A stretch of 64,000 nt of DNA from a bacterium (GTDB lineage Bacteria; UBA8248), in NCBI GenBank assembly GCA_965207065.1, contig OZ242260.1, positions 3,264,001 through 3,328,000 of the forward strand, written 5' to 3'. Made by a program: the position numbers and the translations under genes. Shown here in pieces: positions 29,639 to 39,850 of this stretch (positions within the stretch are counted from its first letter, which is position 1; every line of letters starts with the position of its first letter). The notes under the pieces were generated by a model that saw only the letters and a list, made by a program, of their open reading frames with translations, was not told the origin of the DNA and did no database searches.

Positions 29639-30787
29639 TCAGCCTAAGTGGCGGAACACCTCGCCCACGATATTCATGCCCTTTTCGATGACTTCCTCAT
29701 CCACCGAGTAGGTGAAGCGCAGGTGGTTTTCGCCTGAGGCGCCAAACTCGGAACCGCTGCGGATCGCCGCCCCGGCCTCCCAGACGCGCTTTCGCACCTC
29801 GCTCGAGGGAATGGGGTATTCATACCGGCAGTACTGGTAGAAACCGCCCTGGGGCTCGACCGGAATGAGTCCCGGGATGTCGCGCGTCATCTCGTTCATG
29901 AGGCGGCCCCGCTTGTGGTATTCAACTGCCATCTCAGCTACGCATTCCTGCGAGCTTCTGAGCGCAACCGCGCCCGCGCGCTGGACGAAGGTGTTGATCG
30001 GCCCGTTGATGGAGCGGTGCACGCTGAACATCGGCTGGGGCAGGTCCTCGGGCACGACCATGAAGCCGAGCCGCCAGCCAGTCATCGAGTAGGTCTTGGA
30101 AAAAGTGTCGAGCAGGATGAGGTGGTCCCTGTGTTCGGTGAACGAGAGCAGGGGAACGTGCTCGAAGCCTGGTTGCAGGATTTTCGCATAAGCCTCGTCC
30201 GATACGAGCATGAGGTCTTGCTCCGTTGCGAGTTCGGCGAGGGCCGCCAGATCCTCGCGGCGGTAGACCACGCCGGTGGGGTTGTTCGGGTTGTTGACGA
30301 GGATGAGGCGCGTGCGCTGTGTGATGGCGCGGCGCACGGCCTCTACGTCGATCTGGTAGTCCGCGTCGTGCGGTACTGAAACGGGGACGGCTCCGAGTTG
30401 CAGCGCGACGTGGGCGTAGAGGGAAAACGTGGGGTCCATGAGAATGGCCTCATCGCCCGGGTCGAGGAACGTCGTCATAACGGCGTAGATGCCGGAACTC
30501 GCCCCGTTCGTCGCGATGATGGAATGAGGCGTGTAATGCGTATTGGCCTCGCGCTCGACGTGTTCGCACACGGCTTCCAGGAATTCTGGATCCCCCTGGC
30601 CCGGTGCGTAGCCGGTCAAGCCCTGGTCGAGCGCCTCCTTGGCGGCATTCGTGATGTGCGCGGGCGTGGGGAAGTTGGGCGTTCCCGAATCGAGCGGCAC
30701 CAGACCCGCCGGTTTTTTGGCCGTCATGTGATTGGCGCGCTCTCCGCCTGCGGTCGCGGCGACGGTTTTGGCGAGGTGTCTATTCAT
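29639..30787 (-). CDS. Class I/II aminotransferase
   Basis: NPNNPTG, SDEAY, FSKTYSMTGWRLG motifs. Confidence 0.9.
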   Translation of the reverse strand: MNRHLAKTVAATAGGERANHMTAKKPAGLVPLDSGTPNFPTPAHITNAAKEALDQGLTGYAPGQGDPEFLEAVCEHVEREANTHYTPHSIIATNGASSGIYAVMTTFLDPGDEAILMDPTFSLYAHVALQLGAVPVSVPHDADYQIDVEAVRRAITQRTRLILVNNPNNPTGVVYRREDLAALAELATEQDLMLVSDEAYAKILQPGFEHVPLLSFTEHRDHLILLDTFSKTYSMTGWRLGFMVVPEDLPQPMFSVHRSINGPINTFVQRAGAVALRSSQECVAEMAVEYHKRGRLMNEMTRDIPGLIPVEPQGGFYQYCRYEYPIPSSEVRKRVWEAGAAIRSGSEFGASGENHLRFTYSVDEEVIEKGMNIVGEVFRHLG

Positions 30788-30851
30788 AATTTTGTGCTAT
30801 CTCCAAAAGTGAATTATCCGCATGTTGACTAGAGGCTCAAGCGACTCGTTC

Positions 30852-31847
30852 CTAGTCTCTGGTAATCACGACTTTACCGAATTGCCGGCCCCCCGCCACG
30901 CGCTCGATGGCCTCGCGGAAGTGCGACAGCGGATAGGTGGAGTCGATGTGGGCCTTTATCTTCCCCTCGGCGGCGAGGGCCATCGCCTGCTTGAATTCTT
31001 CCGGCGTCGCCATGGTGGAGGTATGGATGTCGACCTGCTTGAAATACAGATCGCGCAGGTTCACCTCCGGTATCACGTGGTGCGCGGCCCCGCCCACAAT
31101 GGTGATGCGCCCGTTCAACGCTACGCATTTCGCGCTCACCGCGAAGGTGGGGGCGCCCACGTTGTCGACGACCACGTCGGCGCCTCGGCCATCGGTGGCG
31201 TCCATCACGGCTCCCGCGACGTCCCCCGTCTTGTAGTTGATGCAGACGTCCGCGCCCAAGGATTTGGCGGTCTCGAGCTTCTCATCACTCGATGAAGTGA
31301 CGATTGCGAAAGCCCCCGCCTGCGCCGCGAGTTGCAGGCAGTAGAGCATGACGCCGCCGCCCACCCCGTGGATGAGGACGCTCTCGCCTTTTGTAAGCCG
31401 TGCGCGGCTGATGAGCTGGCGATAAGCCGTGGTGAGAGCGAGAGGAAGCGCCGCCGCCTCCTCAAAAGAGAGGTTATCAGGCTTAGGGAAAAAGTTTTTC
31501 TCCGGCAAGACGATGAACTCCGCGTGCGTGCCCGCACATTGCGCGCCCACGAGACCGTAGCCCGGCTGGGTGGGGTCGCCCAGATTGGGGTCGACGACCA
31601 CCGCATCGCCCGGCTTTAAGGTCGCGCCCGATCCCGCCTTATCCACGATGCCCGCGCCGTCCGCGCCCATGGTGTGGGGTTTCTCGTGGCGTACCATCTC
31701 AGGGGTGCACTGGTAGACGTCGATGTGGTTGATGCCCGAGGCCAGTAGTTTGACGCGCACTTCGCCCTTTTCCGGCTCTGGCGTTGGGACCTCGCCGTAT
31801 ACCAGCCCTTCGATTCCGGCGTCTCCCTGGACTGTAATCGCTTTCAT
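30852..31847 (-). CDS. Medium-chain dehydrogenase/reductase (quinone oxidoreductase-like)
   Basis: GINHID, GADGAG, HGVGGGV, GKVVI motifs. Confidence 0.88.
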   Translation of the reverse strand: MKAITVQGDAGIEGLVYGEVPTPEPEKGEVRVKLLASGINHIDVYQCTPEMVRHEKPHTMGADGAGIVDKAGSGATLKPGDAVVVDPNLGDPTQPGYGLVGAQCAGTHAEFIVLPEKNFFPKPDNLSFEEAAALPLALTTAYRQLISRARLTKGESVLIHGVGGGVMLYCLQLAAQAGAFAIVTSSSDEKLETAKSLGADVCINYKTGDVAGAVMDATDGRGADVVVDNVGAPTFAVSAKCVALNGRITIVGGAAHHVIPEVNLRDLYFKQVDIHTSTMATPEEFKQAMALAAEGKIKAHIDSTYPLSHFREAIERVAGGRQFGKVVITRD

Positions 31848-31895
31848 TTTCGTCCTTCCTAAAGAGTGAATTTCAGTATCATAACTGAGGCGCGC

Positions 31896-32225
31896 TCATT
31901 TGGGTGGAAGCGAGCCCGCGAACTTCGCCGCCCGGCGCGCCCAGGATTTCAAGTCGTCTTCGGTCGAAATCCCGGCTGGTTCGACGAGCGCCCAGCCCTT
32001 CATCACGCGGCCCGCCATATCGGCCGGCTTCGTGTGGGGTTCTGAGAGCGTCGCCTCGTGGTTCTCCCTGCCGAGCCTCACGATGAGCGAGCCCTTCCAC
32101 GTCCCGGCGCACATATTGCCGTTGATCATGAAGCACACGCCGCCGAACATGCGTTTTTCCGAATACCCTTTGCGCCGCCTGAGAATCGGGCGTACGCGCT
32201 CGATCAAGGCCTCGTCTTCCGTCAA
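31896..32225 (-). CDS. TfoX/Sxy N-terminal domain protein
   Basis: EKRMFGGVCFMINGNM...MKGW...LPPK pattern. Confidence 0.82.
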   Translation of the reverse strand: MTEDEALIERVRPILRRRKGYSEKRMFGGVCFMINGNMCAGTWKGSLIVRLGRENHEATLSEPHTKPADMAGRVMKGWALVEPAGISTEDDLKSWARRAAKFAGSLPPK

Positions 32226-32297
32226 CCCGGTTCTCCTTCATTGTCCCGGCAGGAAGAGTGAAGATGCCACAGGGAATGAGTGAACGCCACCGCGAGG

Positions 32298-32542
32298 AGG
32301 GCTGTTGAAAAAATCCTCGTCGGGTGGAATTGTCCACCGCCGTCATTCCGGCGAAAGCCGGAATGACGAACAAAACCGCACCGCCTTTTGTAGCGGACAG
32401 GCCTCCTGCGCCTGTCCGGGGTCTCCGTGCCCGTCCTGATTGTAACCACCCTGCAAAAGGACAACCACGGAGGGCAGGACAACCCCGAGGAGGGGTTGTC
32501 CCTACACTGCCAATTCTCCATCAACGGATTTTTTCATCGGGC
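32298..32542. mobile_element. MITE-like element carrying REP hairpins
   Basis: Left AGGGCTGTTGAAAAAATCC, right GGATTTTTTCATCGGGC; contains palindrome CGTCATTCCGGCGAAAGCCGGAATGACG (32341-32368) and module 32390-32505 shared with 57972-58066 and ~62620-62745. Confidence 0.5.
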
Positions 32543-32693
32543 ATTCACCTCGGGATGCCCGACCCCTCAAGGGGGGAGTGTTTGGTTGGCATTCTACAGG
32601 GGGGCGAGTTGTCTACAACCTACCCGGTTGGCTCCATACTCCGAATCACGAAATCAACAACCTCCGAGGAGGGAAGTGTTGCTCTCGCCAGCC

Positions 32694-33482
32694 TTACCCT
32701 TCTCCGGGCGACCAGGCGGGAGGACGCTTCTCGTGCGCAGCGGCCATGCCCTCTTGCGGTTCGCCGGTCCGGAAGGAGGCCTCGAAGGCGTCGATGGAAG
32801 GAGGAACCGCGGCTTCGAGGTACGCCTGCATCCATCGCCTCAAAAGCGCTTTCTGGGCGCGCAGCGCGCCGGGAGCGGCCTGGAGAAGATCCATTATGGC
32901 CTCATGTGTCGTTGCTTCCAGTTCCGCCAACGGGCATATCCTCTGGACGATACCCAGACGGTGCGCCTCCTGGGCGTCGAACGTCCTGCCCGTGAATAGC
33001 AGGTCCTGCGCAGCGCCCAAGCCTGAGATGGGCACGAACAGCGCCGCCTCGATGACGGAGGGCACGCCGACCCGCACCTCGGGCATGCCGAATTTGGTAT
33101 CATCCGCCGCGACGCGGAGGTCGCAGCCGAGCATTAACTCGAGCGCGCCGCCCAGAACGTAGCCCTGGCACTTGCAGACCACGGGATGCGGGAATTCGCG
33201 CACGCTGTGGATGAGGGAATGCAGGTTCGAGATGAAATCACGCGCATTGTCTTCCGTGAGCGCGCCCATCTCGACCACGTCGGCCCCGGCGGAGAATACG
33301 CTGCCCGCACCCTCGATTACGAGAACGCGCAAATCATCCGCCTCCGCCAACCCCGCAATCGCAGATTTCGCCTCGCGGGTCATCTGCGTATTCATGGCGT
33401 TTCGCTTCTCAGGGCGGTTGAGCGAGAGGGTGGCGAGCGGGCCGTCGCGCTCGATCAGCACCAGTGGTTTCGTTGTCGACAT
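32694..33482 (-). CDS. Enoyl-CoA hydratase/isomerase-family protein
   Basis: LNRPEKRNA, FSAGAD, GGALEL, FGMPEVRVG motifs. Confidence 0.9.
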   Translation of the reverse strand: MSTTKPLVLIERDGPLATLSLNRPEKRNAMNTQMTREAKSAIAGLAEADDLRVLVIEGAGSVFSAGADVVEMGALTEDNARDFISNLHSLIHSVREFPHPVVCKCQGYVLGGALELMLGCDLRVAADDTKFGMPEVRVGVPSVIEAALFVPISGLGAAQDLLFTGRTFDAQEAHRLGIVQRICPLAELEATTHEAIMDLLQAAPGALRAQKALLRRWMQAYLEAAVPPSIDAFEASFRTGEPQEGMAAAHEKRPPAWSPGEG

Positions 33483-33620
33483 CGAACATCCTCCCTGAAA
33501 ACAAAGCCGACAGCCTATGCGAGCTAGCAGCGGAGCGCAAAGGTGAAGCCCGAATCTCACGTGTTATGATGGTTTTTTCGTCGATGGAAGTTTTAGCGCT
33601 GATTCCGGGAGAAGACGCGG

Positions 33621-34538
33621 ATGCCGATAGAGTTCAAGGACGTTTGGGATTTTCACACCGATCTGCGCTTTCTTGTCGATTCGGCCGTTGAAGACCCTTT
33701 CCTTACCGAACAGATAGACCTGTCAACGGCGGCAAAGCTGAACGGGGTGTTCACGGCCCTGGGCAGGCTGGCGGACGCGCCGCAGGAGGCGCATTTCGAG
33801 GCGCTCGAGCGTGATTTGGGGCTGATTCGGGAATCGGAGGGTCTCAGCGTCGTCCTCACACGAAAGGACCTGGAAGGTGTGGGGAGGCAGTTGATACACG
33901 CGGAAGGCGTCTATTTCATCGAGAGCGAAAGTGATCTGAAACACCTCGAATGGCTCTGGGAAGAGGGCGTGCGGAGCGTCGCGCCGCTTTACAATGAGGA
34001 CAACGCGCTGGGCGGCGGCGCCAAGGGCGATCCAGCCCGCGGGCTCACCCCCCTGGGCCGCGCTTTCTTGATGCAGGCCTGGCGGACGGGTTTCATGGCC
34101 GATTGCGCGCATGCGAACCACCAGACGAAATCGGACATGATCGATCTCGCCCTCGTCACCGGGCAGGAGATGCACTACTCGCACGGGTATCTGGACGAGG
34201 CGGTTGCATCCGTCTACGGCGAGCGGGGGATTCCGCGTGATATGGCGAGGAGACTCATCGAGACGGGCGCGCTCATCGGTCTCACGCCGTTCCCAGGATT
34301 CGTGGGTGAGTTCGAGCGTCACCTGGAGGAAATCGAGTTTCTGGCCGAAGTCGCGGCTCACCAGGTGGTGCTGGGCAGCGACTTTGCGGGTATCAACAGC
34401 CTGTTCGAAGAATTCAAGGGTATCTGGGGGATTGGGTACTTCGCCGAACGCCTCTCCGCCGCTCACGGAGAGGATTTCGCCCGCTCCTATTGCGGCGGCG
34501 CGCTCAAGGCGCTTCTGGAACGCTCATTGCCGGCTTGA
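33621..34538 (+). CDS. Membrane dipeptidase (M19)-like amidohydrolase
   Basis: DFHTD, HAEG, GLTPLG, DCAH, SH, LGSDFAG motifs. Confidence 0.75.
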   Translation: MPIEFKDVWDFHTDLRFLVDSAVEDPFLTEQIDLSTAAKLNGVFTALGRLADAPQEAHFEALERDLGLIRESEGLSVVLTRKDLEGVGRQLIHAEGVYFIESESDLKHLEWLWEEGVRSVAPLYNEDNALGGGAKGDPARGLTPLGRAFLMQAWRTGFMADCAHANHQTKSDMIDLALVTGQEMHYSHGYLDEAVASVYGERGIPRDMARRLIETGALIGLTPFPGFVGEFERHLEEIEFLAEVAAHQVVLGSDFAGINSLFEEFKGIWGIGYFAERLSAAHGEDFARSYCGGALKALLERSLPA

Positions 34539-34586
34539 TTAAACTGCAGGACGAGGCGCGATTTTGGCGTTTCAGGTTTCCCGAGG

Positions 34587-37193
34587 TCAGGAGGACTCTG
34601 CAGGTCTAGGCGAGGCTGAGCCTTCGTCCTTCGCGCCCATGAACTGGATGGCGATCATGACGGCCATGATGATCGTGCCCGTTATCTTCATCCACGGAAC
34701 GTAGAAGAACAGCAGACCACCCGCCACGGCGAAGACGACACGCTCCCAGATTTCGAGTTTTCTGCGCATGTAGCCCTCGAGCGACGCCGAGGTACAGAAA
34801 AAGCCCATGAAGCCGCTCCCCCATACGATGAGTATGTCGATCCACTCCGAGCCCGGCGTCATGTTGATCGGGGTGTAGGCCATCAGGAAGGGGACGATGT
34901 AGAGTGCCTTGCCGAGTTTGAGAGAGGCGAAGCCGGTACGCATCGGGTCGGCGCCCGCCACGCCCGCCGCGATGAACGCACCCAGGGCGAAGGGCGGCGT
35001 GAGCGAGGCGTCCTGGCTCAGCCAGAGGATCATCAGGTGCGCGCTCAGGAGCGGCACGCCGAGTTCCACAAGCGCGGGCACGGCGAGGATCGAGAGCAGC
35101 ACGTAGCTTGCCGTGATCGTCATGCCCATCCCCATGATGTAGCTTGCGACGGTGCATAGCAGAATCGCCACCGGAAGCGCGGTCCCCGTGATGCCCAGGG
35201 CGTTGTCGAGGAAGGACGCGTAGCCCAGGATGATGGAGGAGAACTTGATGCCGAGGCCGGGCATGGAGACGCCGGCTAGCACGATGCCCATCACGCCAGC
35301 CGTCACGCCGATGATGAGCGAGTTGACGGCGCCTCGCTCGAGGCCGTCCAAAACGCGAGGGGATGAGAGTACCACCGCCGCGAGCACGGACCAGAAGATC
35401 GTCTCAGGCAGGGTATGTCCCGCCACCGGAAGCACGATAAGCAGCCCCAGCCCGGCGAGCAGGGGCCAGTTCTCCATGAGCGTGTTACCGGCGGGCTCGG
35501 TCTTCGCTGTTTCCAGATAGGCTTCCGCCTCCTTATCGGCATCTTCCAGGCTCTTGCCCGATTCCATGAGTTTCTTGTGGTGTTTCGCGGCCTCGTATTC
35601 GAGCCTGTCGTTGCGGGTGCTCCACCCGGGACGACCAACGAGGCGCGCGAGAACCGGCGGCAGGGCCAGCAGGCGTGTGTCCTCGCGGAAGAATCCCAGA
35701 ACCATCGCCAGGATGATAGACCAAAGCGCCGCGTCGAAGGGTGAGCGTCCGATGACGAGCCGGCAGATGAGCAGCGCCACCGGCAGCAGCAGGTAGCCGT
35801 CTTTTTTTAGCAATGGCAGCAGTTCGGGCAACTCTTCTTTCGAGAGGCCGTGGATGCCGTCCATCCCTGATCGGAAGTGGACCGACATGTAGACCGAGAA
35901 GTAGTACATCAGCGCGGGTACGAGCGATATGAGCGCTATCCATCCATAGTCCGTTTCGGTGAACGCCGCTACGAGAAAGGCCGCCGAACCCATGATGGGG
36001 GGCAGCAGGTGGCCGCCGATGGATGAGACCGCCTCGACCGCTCCCGCGTAATGGGGCTTGTAGCCCGCGCGCTTCATGAGCGGGATCGTGAAGGTTCCGG
36101 TGATGACGATGTTCGCCGCCCCGCTTCCCACCACCGATCCCACCAGGCCGCTCGATACGACCGAGGCCTTGGCCGCTCCTCCGCGTAGACGGCCCACCAG
36201 GGCGTAGGAGAGATCGATGAACACGTCGCCGACCTTCGTCTTTTCCAGAAAGACGCCGAAAAGGATAAACAGGAACACATAGCTCGCGTAGACGTTCGCA
36301 ATGACGCCGAAGATACCCGACGTCCCGTAAATGAAGCTCACAACCTCGTTATAGGAAAACCCCTTGTGCAGGAGCCGTCCAGGGAAATAGTTGCCGTACA
36401 TGGCGTAGTAAAAGAAAAAGAGACCCAGCAGCGGAAGCACCCAGCCCAGCACCCGGCGGCACATCTCTATCGAGACGATGATGGCGATTGTTCCCATGGC
36501 GACGTCCGGCCAGAGGACGAGGCCCGCCCGGTCTCCCCGGTCGGCGAAGTTCATGACGTATTCCACCGTGAATACGACGACGCCCGCGCACAGCAGGAGG
36601 TCCACGGTGGAAGGCCGCCTCGTCGGAGCGCCCGCGCGAGCGGGATAGAAGATGAACGTCAGGATGGCGGTGAAGATCACGTACAGGGGCAGGTAGAAAT
36701 GATACGCATAGATGGAGAGCCCCGGAAAGTGGAGCGTCTCCCATATCGCCGAGAGGGATTTCTCCGTCTCCGCAGTGAGGAGCGGGGAGAGGATATAGAC
36801 GATGACCTCGCCGAAACCCAGGCCGAAATCCACCGGCGCCCTGTTCGCCGCGCCGTATAGAAAATAGGCGGCGAACACGAACGAGGAGAGCAGGATCGTC
36901 ACCCTCGGCAGAATGCACAGGCCCGAGACGTAGAGCCAGATGAGGGCGTAGAGCCAGAACTCGAGAGCGGGGAAATCGACCTCCTGCCATTCCCATGAGA
37001 TTTCATAGGGAAGGTAGAGGTTGTATTTTCTCCCGGCGAAGATAACGATGTAGACGAGGAGAATGGCGGAGAGAAATATGAAGACGGGCAGGTTTTTCTT
37101 CTGAAGGCCGGGCTCGATATCGCGGCGGATGGCCGACTCCGGGGCGAATATGAATCGCAACCACCCCCCGAGCAAATTGAAAAACTTCCCCAT
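34587..37193 (-). CDS. TAXI-type TRAP transporter fused 4TM/12TM permease
   Basis: GGAAKASV, TGTFTIPLMK, PPIMGSAAF, LTPP motifs; downstream of TAXI receptor. Confidence 0.9.
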   Translation of the reverse strand: MGKFFNLLGGWLRFIFAPESAIRRDIEPGLQKKNLPVFIFLSAILLVYIVIFAGRKYNLYLPYEISWEWQEVDFPALEFWLYALIWLYVSGLCILPRVTILLSSFVFAAYFLYGAANRAPVDFGLGFGEVIVYILSPLLTAETEKSLSAIWETLHFPGLSIYAYHFYLPLYVIFTAILTFIFYPARAGAPTRRPSTVDLLLCAGVVVFTVEYVMNFADRGDRAGLVLWPDVAMGTIAIIVSIEMCRRVLGWVLPLLGLFFFYYAMYGNYFPGRLLHKGFSYNEVVSFIYGTSGIFGVIANVYASYVFLFILFGVFLEKTKVGDVFIDLSYALVGRLRGGAAKASVVSSGLVGSVVGSGAANIVITGTFTIPLMKRAGYKPHYAGAVEAVSSIGGHLLPPIMGSAAFLVAAFTETDYGWIALISLVPALMYYFSVYMSVHFRSGMDGIHGLSKEELPELLPLLKKDGYLLLPVALLICRLVIGRSPFDAALWSIILAMVLGFFREDTRLLALPPVLARLVGRPGWSTRNDRLEYEAAKHHKKLMESGKSLEDADKEAEAYLETAKTEPAGNTLMENWPLLAGLGLLIVLPVAGHTLPETIFWSVLAAVVLSSPRVLDGLERGAVNSLIIGVTAGVMGIVLAGVSMPGLGIKFSSIILGYASFLDNALGITGTALPVAILLCTVASYIMGMGMTITASYVLLSILAVPALVELGVPLLSAHLMILWLSQDASLTPPFALGAFIAAGVAGADPMRTGFASLKLGKALYIVPFLMAYTPINMTPGSEWIDILIVWGSGFMGFFCTSASLEGYMRRKLEIWERVVFAVAGGLLFFYVPWMKITGTIIMAVMIAIQFMGAKDEGSASPRPAESS

Positions 37194-37240
37194 CGCTACC
37201 CTTTCTTACCCGAATTCGAATGGCAGCCGCCCGAGCCAGA

Positions 37241-37270
37241 CCCCCCGGAAGGCGGTCTGCCCTCCGGGGG
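37241..37270 (-). terminator. GC hairpin after the TAXI receptor gene (terminator or mRNA stabiliser)
   Basis: CCCCCGGA...TCCGGGGG inverted repeat; no clear U-tract. Confidence 0.4.
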
Positions 37271-37292
37271 AACAAAAGAATCCGGGAAACGT

Positions 37293-38291
37293 CTAGTTGA
37301 CCATATAGCCTTTCGACTTCCAGTAGCGCGCGGCGCCGGGGTGGACCTTCAATTTGAAGCTGCCCATCTGCTTGATGAACTCATCCGACTTCGCGGCGAA
37401 ATCCAGCCCGATCTTCCAGCCCTTGAAGACGTTGATCAAAAATTCGCGGTTCGCCTTGTCGTACACCCGCCGCGTCACCTCGTAGATGACGTCGTTGGGC
37501 ACTTTTTCGTTCGCCACGGCGAAGATGGTGTAGGCGACCGTCTTGAACTTCTTGCCCTTCATCCCCTGGTAGGGGCTGGCGTCCTTGTTATCCTTGTAAT
37601 AGCCCGAGCTCAGGGCCACGAACTTGTCGCGCACCTTGTCGGGGATGCTCAGGATGCGGAGCGGACCGCTGCGCGAGGCGCGCAGAATCGAGGGCGAGGG
37701 CACCGGGTTCGGGATGCTGAAAGCGTCGATCTTGCTGTCGATCATGTTGTTGGCGGCAGCGGCCCAGCCCAAGTAGTCTTTGCGGATTTTGTCGGTAATC
37801 CCGATGCTGTCGGTGATGAACTTCGTCATGAAGAGCGTGGAGCTTCCCCTCGGGCCCACGTTTACCCGCTTGCCGGCGAGATCGTGGTAGGTCTTGATGC
37901 CGGTCCTGTGGAACGTCGCCATCTGGAACCAGGAAGTCGACACCGGGCCGATCCCCCGGATGGTCATCATGGCCTTGCCCTTGTGGAAGGGTTTTTGCTT
38001 GCGCTGGATGAAGTCGACGAATATCCCGTTCGTCATCCCGATCTCGGAGCGTCCGCTGGCGACGAGGCGGGTGTTGGCGACGAAGCCCTTGGACTCGCGG
38101 TTGGTGACGTTGACGGTCTTGCTCGTCTTGTTCACCGCCTCGGCGAGGCCCGCCGCCATGCGGAACGCGCCCGCGCCCTTGCCCGCGCCGACGATGGTGA
38201 TGTTGGTGGTGGCGGCGCTCGCCAGAGAGGCGGCGAAGCCGGCTACAGCGAAAACGGCAGTTGCTGCGATCAATCTTTTGTGGGTACGCAT
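37293..38291 (-). CDS. TAXI-family TRAP solute-binding protein
   Basis: Signal peptide, SKGFVAN, GKRVNVGPRGS, HPGAARYW motifs. Confidence 0.9.
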   Translation of the reverse strand: MRTHKRLIAATAVFAVAGFAASLASAATTNITIVGAGKGAGAFRMAAGLAEAVNKTSKTVNVTNRESKGFVANTRLVASGRSEIGMTNGIFVDFIQRKQKPFHKGKAMMTIRGIGPVSTSWFQMATFHRTGIKTYHDLAGKRVNVGPRGSSTLFMTKFITDSIGITDKIRKDYLGWAAAANNMIDSKIDAFSIPNPVPSPSILRASRSGPLRILSIPDKVRDKFVALSSGYYKDNKDASPYQGMKGKKFKTVAYTIFAVANEKVPNDVIYEVTRRVYDKANREFLINVFKGWKIGLDFAAKSDEFIKQMGSFKLKVHPGAARYWKSKGYMVN

Positions 38292-38682
38292 AGACTCACC
38301 TCCGTTGGTATCGCAGAGAAATAGGTTGTACTTGTTGGGATGATTCTATCTCATCAACATACTTTCGCAAGCGGTGTCTGGGCAGTCAGGCAATATTTTT
38401 TGAAAAGAGGGAAAAGAGAATAATACCGGACATCCTGAATCCCGTCTCTTCCGCCGGCGGCAATTGACCGGGTCACGGCGGTGACACCTGTTCGATGAAT
38501 GATGAGGCGTCCGGGGGAGAGGATAAACGTTTCCGCCGTTCGCTTGGTGGCGTGAGCGGGCTCATGGTAAATTCGCGGAACGACTGGAGATGTATGGCGG
38601 ATCACCGCAACGTGCGAGTCAGGCGAATCTTTTGCCCGATTGGGTATTTGCACACGGTATTTCGATGGGGAGGGAAGGGGAG

Positions 38683-39705
38683 ATGGCGATTACGGGTCGG
38701 GGTATTCGCAAAGACGCCATAGCTGTTCTCGTCCTGGGTATGTTGGCCATGTGGCTCTACGGGTCAGAGTCGTCGGCCCAGACGATTCAAAAGCCGGAAT
38801 GGGGCAAACGCGCAGCGCTCATCGAGCCTAATTCTGAAATGGCGGTCGCTTATCTGGACGGAAAAATCTACGTTGTCGGGGGATACCCCTCGACGCGGGT
38901 CAGCGTGGACACCATCCAGGTCTACGACACAAAGTCCGACACGTGGAGCCTGACGACCCCCTATCCGACCACGATCAACCATTCCTCGGCAGTCGCTCTC
39001 GACGGGATCCTCTACGTGATCGGCGGCCAGACGAATGCCGGCGGCCGGAGGACGAAATCCCTGTATACATCGGCCGTCTACGCCTTCGATCCCAGGACGA
39101 AGAAGTGGACGCCGCGCGCGCCAATGCCGACTGCGCGCAGTGCAATGGCGCACGGCGTAATCGACGGCAAGATTTACGTCGCCGGCGGCCGTCCGCCGCG
39201 CGGGCGCGATTTCGCCGTCTACGACCCGAAGGCCGACAAATGGACGGTACTGCCCGACTTGCCGACGCCCCGAAATCACATGGCGGCGGCGGCGATCGAC
39301 GGCAAACTCTATGTTGCCGGAGGGCGCTTCGGCGGCGGCTTTCGGAGCAAGATAACGGCGGTGCTCGAGGTGTACGATCCCGTAAGCAACAGGTGGAGCG
39401 CCAGGCGGCCGATGTCCTATGAGCGAAGCGGAAACAACGGTATTGCCGTGAACGGCTGTTTCCATACTTTCGGCGGCGAACATCCGACGGCGAGTCCGAC
39501 TGGCGTTTTCCCCCACCACGAGGTCTATAATCCAAAAACCGACCGCTGGACGCGTTTGCCCGATATGCCCTTTCCCGTGCACGGCGTCACCGGGCTGGTT
39601 TACCTGAATGGCTGGATCCACCTGCCCGGCGGCGGCACCCGGATGGGCGGCAGCAGCGGCAGCACGCTTCACCAGGTGGTTCGCCCCGCGATGAAATGCG
39701 GCTGA
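38683..39705 (+). CDS. Secreted Kelch-repeat beta-propeller protein
   Basis: Signal peptide, about six DGKIYVxGG...YDP...W repeats. Confidence 0.88.
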   Translation: MAITGRGIRKDAIAVLVLGMLAMWLYGSESSAQTIQKPEWGKRAALIEPNSEMAVAYLDGKIYVVGGYPSTRVSVDTIQVYDTKSDTWSLTTPYPTTINHSSAVALDGILYVIGGQTNAGGRRTKSLYTSAVYAFDPRTKKWTPRAPMPTARSAMAHGVIDGKIYVAGGRPPRGRDFAVYDPKADKWTVLPDLPTPRNHMAAAAIDGKLYVAGGRFGGGFRSKITAVLEVYDPVSNRWSARRPMSYERSGNNGIAVNGCFHTFGGEHPTASPTGVFPHHEVYNPKTDRWTRLPDMPFPVHGVTGLVYLNGWIHLPGGGTRMGGSSGSTLHQVVRPAMKCG

Positions 39706-39850
39706 GGCGCTGGAAGCGGGGCGCGCGCTCGATATCCAGCGGGAGGTGATGGCTGCGCTTTCCCTGCAAATCTTGACGTCAAAAGCCCTGAATGCTAGCT
39801 AGTGCGCATCTTGCAGGTTTTCTCGCGAAAACGCGCCGAACGCATTCTGA

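Noticed and set aside
32427-32999. Apparent paralogous ORFs MPVLIVTTLQKDNHGG (32427, +) and MPVRIVTTLKKDNHGG (58050, -)
   Set aside because: Similarity comes only from the shared REP module; the rest overlaps real genes on the opposite strand
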